64,000 nt of DNA. Source: Ignavibacteriales bacterium (GTDB taxonomy: Bacteria > Bacteroidota > Ignavibacteria > UBA10030 > UBA8401). This document shows, piece after piece, positions 57,282 through 64,000 of the stretch; the stretch's first letter is position 1; the number at the start of each line of letters is the position of its first letter. The notes beneath the pieces are model-generated. The model saw nothing but the letters and a program-made list of their open reading frames with translations. It was not told the DNA's origin and searched no databases. A program made the position numbers and the translations under genes. The stretch lies in the NCBI GenBank assembly GCA_016182545.1, contig JACPGG010000032.1:8816-72815 (forward strand). Direction: 5' to 3'.

Positions 57282-60185
57282 TTAAAATCTGATAATAGCT
57301 CCGACCCATACACGTCGTGCTAACTGATAATTACCATTGATACGACTGTCGAAGTAATCCTGACGCAATTTATTAATACCGTATAATTTCTCTGATTGAT
57401 CTACGAGACCGTTTTTATCAAGGTCAATATTTTGGTTATATAATGGAAAACCTGCTGCGTCAACGCTTTTCGAATCTCCTTTTACCCACGGAGTAGCACT
57501 CGGTGTACTGACGACAAATCCATCATTATCGGCAACACCTGTTATAGCATATAAATCAACAGGTTTAACCCTGTTAAAGAGATTCGTAACATCGGCGAAG
57601 AATGTCAAAGTCAAATTCTTGAAGCTGGCACCAAATATCGACGACAAAGGAATATCTCGGCTTAACCGCATATCGGTTTGCATAAATGAAGGACGGCGAG
57701 ATCCGTTGAACTCACCGACTTGACGCCCATAATAATCAATCCTTGTATAAGGTGTTCCTGTTTGAAATACTGTTGTAAAATTAACATTCAAGTTTTGCAA
57801 GAAATGCACACCGCCGATAGTCGGTCCTTCTCCATCCCGAAACACAAAATCAAAAATAAAATTCACAACATGACGCCGATCGAAATCCAAGTAGTAATCA
57901 GTCAAAGGATAGACGCGCGATTGGCCAGTATAAGGATCCGGGGGACCGTTGGTCACCAACTGGTAGTTTGTCGTGACGCTTGAAGCCGTTCCTTTTGCAA
58001 TTGAATAGGCATAAGAAATTTGAGCACGCCAATAATTTGCCAATTGCTTTCGTAGCGACAATTCAATGCCACGAGAGTTGCCATACTCACTGGTAGAATA
58101 CAATGTGAAAGAACTTGGAACCGCTGGAACAAATGTAACACCATCAATATTATAGAGATCTTTGTAATATGCCGTGACATCGATTGCCAGCATATCTGTA
58201 AATTGATTCGCATAACCAATTTCAAATGCCTTAGTTTTTTGCGGATCAAGATCAGGATTACCAAAAATCTGATTTCCACGCGATAAATCATACGTTGTAA
58301 TCGATTCATACAAGCGTGTCAACACTGGTTCCTGCATATACCATCCGTAATTCAAAGAAAACTTTGATCGCTCCGTCAATGGAAATGATACGCCGAACCG
58401 CGGACTCACCTGGTTTTTTACGGTTGCATCAATTGTTGCCGGCGGATTACCAGGATTTAAAAGGTTTGCTATCCGTTTAGCATTCGGATCAAGATAATCA
58501 AAACGCACTCCTGCGTTCACAATAATGCCTTGATACTCAATCTTGTCTTGCACATATGCATATATCTGAATTGGTTTATACCGATAACTGTCATCAAATG
58601 GATTAGCATCCCACGGTAAGCTGTTATATTCTCGGAAAACCTCGTGAAGTTTAATTTCTGCACCGGTTTTAATCAAGTTGTTATTATCAACCTGGCTAGA
58701 TACACTGCCACCCAATGACATATATTTGGCATCTCTATTTTGAAGAGTGCGATCATTACCAAACATAACAAACGATATTACATTTGCAGAGCTTCCTACT
58801 ACACCATATGGATTTTGATTGCCTTGTGTAAATGCAGGACCTTCTCTATGTCCCGTCGTCGGGTTTATTCCGTATCCACTTGTGCCTGTCGGCGTATAAC
58901 GATCAATAATACCATCGCCGTTACGATCATCGATGCCAAAAATATCAAATGCATCGAACAAAAAGTTATAATCAGTCGCCTCATTCTTTTTGCCGCTACG
59001 GAATTCTTGTGAAAAATACGCGCCTGTAAGTTCGTAAAATGTTGCATTGCTCAATGTATGCGTTACGCGTGCAAAATACTGACTATTAAACAATGTAAAA
59101 CTCGGCTGCTGCGTATAATCGCCGTACAGCCACGTCCATGAGGAATTCTCCCATAACGCGCCTCCATTAAATCCGCTAATCGATAACTTAATATTATCGG
59201 TCGGGTTCGAAGTAATCTTCAGATTTAATGTCCTCTCAGCGAATCGGTCATGTGGGCGCTTCCCGATATTTTTACCTAATAAGTCTTTGAACGCATAACT
59301 ATTTGAACGATATTTTTGGTAATCAAATTTTCCCGCCATGTTAAACCGCGTCCTCGCTCCAACCGGTATTCCACCACCGAAACTAAATTCGAAAAAATTT
59401 TGATCAAGACCATTGAGTTTATACCCCTTGTCAGATACCCCATTTAAATCCTCAACATCGCGCTTGTATCTGAATGTACCTTCGTAAATTTCTGTACTCC
59501 CCTCCTTTGTAATGGTGTTGATAACACCCCCTTGGGCATTGCCGTACTCGGCGGTAAATCCACCGGTGATAACCTGAACCTCTTCAACAGCGAGATTACT
59601 TACGGTCGGAAAAATGCCACCTGTAAATCCTGTTTGAGGATCATTAACCTGTAATCCATCAACCTGTAATACATTATCGGTGGTTCTGCTTCCCCTGAAA
59701 TTTACTCCATTAACAACACCAACAGTCAAGGCAACCAAACCCTGGATATTTTCGCGGGGTAACGAACGAATCTCTTGTGCCGTTTGACGACGTATGGTCG
59801 AGGTTACTGATTTTTCAACCAACGGTCGTTCTGCTTGTACGATAACCTCCTTGACCTCGACCGCAGATGACGCCAATTCAACATCTAAACGTGTAGTAGC
59901 GTCGGCACTTATTTGCACATTCCGATACGTTGCGGTTTGATACCCAATCGCTGAGATCCGTACTGTGTATGTTCCCGAAGGAATATTCAAAATATAAAAT
60001 TCTCCCTGAACATCCGCAGCGGCACCGAAAGTCGTGCCCTGGATAACGACGCTTGCACCTATCAATGGCTCGCGATTCTCTTTGTCAGTTACTTTTCCTG
60101 CCAGCTTACCTGTGATACCTCCGTAGGTAATAGATACCAAAATTGCCAGACTGAATGCTGCAATCAAAAAACTATTTCTTTTCAT
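57282..60185 (-). CDS. TonB-dependent outer-membrane receptor with N-terminal carboxypeptidase-regulatory-like domain
   Basis: CarbopepD_reg-like (GKVTDKENREPLIGASVVIQGT…YTVRISAIGYQ), plug domain, 22-strand barrel, terminal …IIRF. Confidence 0.85.
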   Translation of the reverse strand: MKRNSFLIAAFSLAILVSITYGGITGKLAGKVTDKENREPLIGASVVIQGTTFGAAADVQGEFYILNIPSGTYTVRISAIGYQTATYRNVQISADATTRLDVELASSAVEVKEVIVQAERPLVEKSVTSTIRRQTAQEIRSLPRENIQGLVALTVGVVNGVNFRGSRTTDNVLQVDGLQVNDPQTGFTGGIFPTVSNLAVEEVQVITGGFTAEYGNAQGGVINTITKEGSTEIYEGTFRYKRDVEDLNGVSDKGYKLNGLDQNFFEFSFGGGIPVGARTRFNMAGKFDYQKYRSNSYAFKDLLGKNIGKRPHDRFAERTLNLKITSNPTDNIKLSISGFNGGALWENSSWTWLYGDYTQQPSFTLFNSQYFARVTHTLSNATFYELTGAYFSQEFRSGKKNEATDYNFLFDAFDIFGIDDRNGDGIIDRYTPTGTSGYGINPTTGHREGPAFTQGNQNPYGVVGSSANVISFVMFGNDRTLQNRDAKYMSLGGSVSSQVDNNNLIKTGAEIKLHEVFREYNSLPWDANPFDDSYRYKPIQIYAYVQDKIEYQGIIVNAGVRFDYLDPNAKRIANLLNPGNPPATIDATVKNQVSPRFGVSFPLTERSKFSLNYGWYMQEPVLTRLYESITTYDLSRGNQIFGNPDLDPQKTKAFEIGYANQFTDMLAIDVTAYYKDLYNIDGVTFVPAVPSSFTLYSTSEYGNSRGIELSLRKQLANYWRAQISYAYSIAKGTASSVTTNYQLVTNGPPDPYTGQSRVYPLTDYYLDFDRRHVVNFIFDFVFRDGEGPTIGGVHFLQNLNVNFTTVFQTGTPYTRIDYYGRQVGEFNGSRRPSFMQTDMRLSRDIPLSSIFGASFKNLTLTFFADVTNLFNRVKPVDLYAITGVADNDGFVVSTPSATPWVKGDSKSVDAAGFPLYNQNIDLDKNGLVDQSEKLYGINKLRQDYFDSRINGNYQLARRVWVGAIIRF

Positions 60186-60284
60186 GGCAAAACCTTTAGT
60201 TTATTGAGTGGGGATGTGTTGAAAATTAAAGTATGTAGCCGTTGGACATTCAGCAAAGAATGTCCAACGTAAAAACACTATTGG

Positions 60285-62051
60285 TTACTTCACCAATAAC
60301 ATCTTCTTTGTCTCAACAAAAGAACCTGATTGCAATTTATAGAGATATATACCCGATGCCAATTTTGAAGCATCGAAATCTACAAAATACAAACCAGCAT
60401 TCTGATATTCATTTATCAAAGTTGCAACTTCCTGACCAATCATATTGTACACTTTCAAAGTTGTTTGTGCACCCTTTGGAAGCGTAAACGATATGGTTGT
60501 TGAAGGGTTGAATGGATTTGGATAATTTTGGCTTAATTCAAATGTACCCACAACCACTCCGTCATCTTTACGAACACCGGTGATGACGTCGTTTGAATAA
60601 TCAACCTTTGTAACGTGCACATCCATACCGGCTACGTTACCGCTAGTGGTCACTGATTGATTGCGCATGAGATGTGCTTTACCGTCATCGCCCATTATTG
60701 GAGCAATGTGCGTAATTTGATCGTTGATTGTCGGTGTGCTTGTTCTATTGGACGGTGTAGACCAACCAGAACCCGCTTTCCATGTTGATGTCCACACATC
60801 TGCAATGGGAAGCGAATCTGAGTAAGTTGCACCCCTGCTATCTTCAATCCATTTCGCTGCAACAATTTGACCATTTTTCGACACGCTCAATTGGTTTTCT
60901 GTTAAGGTCTGAGGAAGATCGCCGTATCCCCAATTTTCATGCGTGGGCAAATCTTTGATCTTAGTTGCGGTCCAGCTACCGCCACTTGCTTTGTACAAAT
61001 GGTATAAACTCCAAAGATCCGGGTTTGCCGTGGTATCAACACCAACTGTCAACCAATGATATCCTCCGGCACCATCAACTGTAAAATCGTTCGCGAAAAT
61101 GTTGTATGCATAATTCGCTGGAACAAGAGCTTTCCACGGAACAATTTCATACTCTGACCACGTTACACCCTTATCGGTCGATTTGGAAATACCCAGCGTA
61201 TAGCTTCCTGTGTCGGATGTTGGCGCCGCGGCAAATTGAGCTCGTACACCAACATAGTAATTACCACCTTGATACACGATGCCAGCAACATCATCAATGA
61301 GTCCATTATGTAGTTTTGCCGTACCAAGCTGTGCAGGATTCGATCCGGTAAACGTAACTCCATCAGCAGCACGGAAAATAGAGATATGACCGTCATCCGA
61401 GTAATTCGGAGCTGCAAACACATACTCAGCTGCACCTAACACAGTCGGTGACGCCATGCTGGAACTCCAAGGAACACCAGCACTATCAATAGTAGCCAAC
61501 GGGCTGTTTGCACCTACACCGGGGTCCGTTCCGTAGATCATCCCACCGAATCCACCGCCAACGAGTAATGGAAATACATATTGCACCAATACGCTATCCG
61601 CCGATGCTGCTTTCGTTGGGTTGTGTAGCGCAATACTTGGATACCGACCGTTTGTGTTTCCGGCAAGTCCAGCACTCAGTGGTCCAATGCGTTTTGTCCA
61701 TGTCGCTCCGCCATCCTTTGAAAAGGCATAAAAAACACCGCCCGATCCACCTGACGCATAACTTGATTTGCTACGATGAATTATGACAAGAGAGTTAGAA
61801 TAAGGGTCGTAGGAAATAGGATTGACATACACATTTCCTGGTCCGTATGCATTAGCCATCGTATCGACCGTTGTATAGGAAAACGTGGCATTTAATTGAT
61901 GAGCTGGAACATTAAATACCACTGAGTTTGCTCGTTCAGCATCTATTACGCGTGGAGCTTTTCCTGCATACTTCAACGACTTACTTCCGGCAAACACCAC
62001 AGTAATGCCTATCATCAACATTGCCAAGGTGTAAAAAAGATTTTTCGACAT
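60285..62051 (-). CDS. Secreted BNR/Asp-box (sialidase-like beta-propeller) protein with T9SS type-A C-terminal domain
   Basis: Asp-box SKDGGATWTK. The C-terminus, …LSQNYPNPFNPSTTISFTLP…VYNMIGQEVATL…GIYLYKLQSGSFVETKKMLLVK, is the canonical T9SS CTD. Confidence 0.65.
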   Translation of the reverse strand: MSKNLFYTLAMLMIGITVVFAGSKSLKYAGKAPRVIDAERANSVVFNVPAHQLNATFSYTTVDTMANAYGPGNVYVNPISYDPYSNSLVIIHRSKSSYASGGSGGVFYAFSKDGGATWTKRIGPLSAGLAGNTNGRYPSIALHNPTKAASADSVLVQYVFPLLVGGGFGGMIYGTDPGVGANSPLATIDSAGVPWSSSMASPTVLGAAEYVFAAPNYSDDGHISIFRAADGVTFTGSNPAQLGTAKLHNGLIDDVAGIVYQGGNYYVGVRAQFAAAPTSDTGSYTLGISKSTDKGVTWSEYEIVPWKALVPANYAYNIFANDFTVDGAGGYHWLTVGVDTTANPDLWSLYHLYKASGGSWTATKIKDLPTHENWGYGDLPQTLTENQLSVSKNGQIVAAKWIEDSRGATYSDSLPIADVWTSTWKAGSGWSTPSNRTSTPTINDQITHIAPIMGDDGKAHLMRNQSVTTSGNVAGMDVHVTKVDYSNDVITGVRKDDGVVVGTFELSQNYPNPFNPSTTISFTLPKGAQTTLKVYNMIGQEVATLINEYQNAGLYFVDFDASKLASGIYLYKLQSGSFVETKKMLLVK

Positions 62052-62652
62052 TGCAACCTCCATATAAGTTTGTGAATTGGTGAAATGGACAACAACATTA
62101 TCTATTGCACGATATACGGTACTGTCACACTCCTTTCTGTGTACCATCAATTAAGTTATGGTATAATGAATTTAAAAAAAGATAGAGTACAAGTATCTGT
62201 TTGTCAAGTTGAAAGTATTTCGACTCGAAGGAATAGAATTCGGTTGGTAGATCAAACTTCATGTGGCGGGGTCCCCTCAATTTAGTTTGAACTATGTTTG
62301 GTATAATAAATAAAAATGAAGTGCATCAGTATAAAGAAAATCTTTGGGTGAGTGTAACAACAATCGATAGTTGATCTTTCATTAATTTTTAATGAATTGC
62401 TACCCAAGTGGAATATAAAGACAGTGGATGGAATTGTCAATAGATGCGACTATTTTCCTTCAAATTTGGGAATATCCCTAAGAGTGGGATTGTATACCAA
62501 ATATGCCCTTATATTTGCCTGCTTTCCTTTCATCCCGTACATCAGGATTATCATCACTTTCTCCCGCTGTTCCATCCCTTATTAATTCGTGATTGGTGTT
62601 TTGTTATTTACATTGTCTTTGTCAAAAAATATTTTTTATATAGGGAGGTAGA

Positions 62653-63012
62653 ATGAAACTCAACAAAAAAGAAGTTGCACAAAACCTGCGGCTATTTGGC
62701 TACAAGAAGTTCGGCACCATGAAAAAATTTGCCGAAGCGCTGGACATGAATCCTTCAACCTTATACTCAGGATATCTGAACGGGCGAAGTTTACCGGGAC
62801 CGGTATTGCTTGTTAAATTGATCGACCTCGGCTGCAACATCAATTGGCTGCTGACGAACAGGGAATCGCCCTTCACGAACGACGATGATCGCATAAAGAA
62901 ACTTGAAGATGAAAATCTCCGTTTGCGTTCCACTGTGCAGCGACCTACCTCACCTGCCGCTTTCGTCGAACCGAAAAAAGTGAACGGAGCATTTGCGGAG
63001 TCTCGAAGATAA
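62653..63012 (+). CDS. Phage CI-repressor-like HTH DNA-binding protein
   Basis: KKFAEALDMNPSTLYSGYLNGRSLPGPVLLVKLIDLGCNINWLLT resembles the phage_CI_repr N-terminal HTH (…WLLTG). Confidence 0.5.
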   Translation: MKLNKKEVAQNLRLFGYKKFGTMKKFAEALDMNPSTLYSGYLNGRSLPGPVLLVKLIDLGCNINWLLTNRESPFTNDDDRIKKLEDENLRLRSTVQRPTSPAAFVEPKKVNGAFAESRR

Positions 63013-63074
63013 TAGTTCTGGTGTTTTGTGAAATGATTGCTTACACTTTTGGCGATAACCTTGTACCACCGGAA

Positions 63075-64000
63075 TGATGACAACACAGTACCTGCAAAAA
63101 TACAAAACCGAACTGTTCTTCTATTTCGGCTTTCTTACCATTTTAGGAATAGCGTTTTTCCTTCAAACGATCTACATCGAACCGTTGTGGAGCAAGGAAG
63201 AAGAACCTTTTACAACGGAGATCATTCTTAATGTTTTTATCGACAGAGTGGTCGCTGCATACCTGTGGTTGTTTCTCACTCCTTTCATTATTTGGATCGC
63301 TGAGAAGATAGCAGAAAAAAAAATCTCATTCCTTAAAACGATCAGCCTGCATGTCCTTGCTGGTCTTTTTTTCACATTCACTCACATCCCGATTTACAGT
63401 GCATACGTCTTTACCATGCATGCGATGATCCCGTGGATGTACATCGGCGTCTTCGAACGGTTTCCCGACGTCTCGTTCTTTGACTATATCTTCCAATCGA
63501 TCACCCGGTTGAACCATGTGTACCGTTTGCTGTACTACAGCATCATCATCGCCATCCATTTTGCGTTCGACTATTTCAGAAAATATTCCGAACGAGAGCT
63601 GCGCGCGTCGCAATTAGAAGTACAATTGAAAGAATCGCAAATCCGCACGCTGCATCAGCAACTCCAACCCCACTTTCTTTTTAATACGCTCAACGGAATT
63701 TCTTCTCTCATGTATAAAAGCGTCGACGAAGCGGATAAGATGCTGACGTATCTCGGCGACCTGCTCCGCATTTCACTCGAACGGATGAATGTGCAGGAAG
63801 TGCCGCTGAAAGATGACATCGCCTTCATCGAACGGTATCTGTTGATCGAAAAAACCAGAATGGGAGATAGATTGATCGTCAAAACAAATTTTCATCCTGA
63901 CACGCTCGATGCACTTGTGCCGTGCATGATGGCGCAACCGATACTGGAAAATGCAATCAAACATGGCATTGCACCGAATGTAAAGCAAGGGACCATTATC
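63075..64000 (+). CDS. LytS/YehU-type sensor histidine kinase (5' part; continues beyond the window)
   Basis: Multi-TM N-terminus, then the His_kinase (PF06580-type) motif LHQQLQPHFLFNTLNGISSLM and the start of the ATPase domain (…QPILENAIKHGI). The reading frame is still open at 64000. Confidence 0.7.

Noticed and set aside
1-64000. CRISPR arrays, rRNA and tRNA genes
   Set aside because: No regularly spaced direct repeats, no rRNA-like conserved blocks and no convincing tRNA cloverleafs were seen anywhere in the window.

Overview
This 64 kb window reads as chromosomal DNA from an FCB-group bacterium (Bacteroidota / Ignavibacteria-like). The evidence is the T9SS-type C-terminal sorting domains on several large secreted proteins, PorV-like outer-membrane barrels, a Bacteroides/Bacillus-type sdhC-sdhA-sdhB operon, rpoN and DUF3109/DUF3467 genes. 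Most of it is housekeeping. Identified genes are acnA (partial), clpS, alaS, a PcrB/GGGPS-family gene, gmhA, ybaB, recR, pheA, sdhCAB, glmM-like, dprA, rpoN, hslVU, icd, pdp, a NUDIX gene, mscS, pyrE, a pterin dehydratase gene and cydAB. Four things stand out. (1) A conspicuously AT-rich two-gene islet (42.4–44.7 kb) encodes an N-terminally extended TIR-domain protein and a single-pass membrane protein. This is a candidate uncharacterised anti-phage defence pair. (2) A co-directional minus-strand operon of about 10.8 kb (15.4–26.1 kb) encodes three CsgG-like domain lipoproteins, one of them fused to transglutaminase-like and TPR modules. It also encodes an outer-membrane beta-barrel and a 1598-aa BNR/Asp-box beta-propeller protein with a T9SS sorting domain. 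A CHASE2 adenylate/guanylate cyclase gene lies immediately downstream. This is a candidate outer-membrane secretion/assembly system of unknown function. (3) An orphan EutN/CcmL/PduN microcompartment-vertex homolog sits directly upstream of dprA. (4) Three conserved genes are visibly broken: sdhA carries a frameshift with loss of about 10 conserved residues, icd carries an out-of-frame internal deletion of about 49 residues, and ftsX is truncated at its 3' end. Separately, at least two families of short structured intergenic repeats occur: six copies of a GTCATTGCGAG…CGAAGCAATC palindromic element and three copies of a GGTAGGACAGACATTCCTGTCTGTCC hairpin. No rRNA, tRNA or CRISPR arrays were found.
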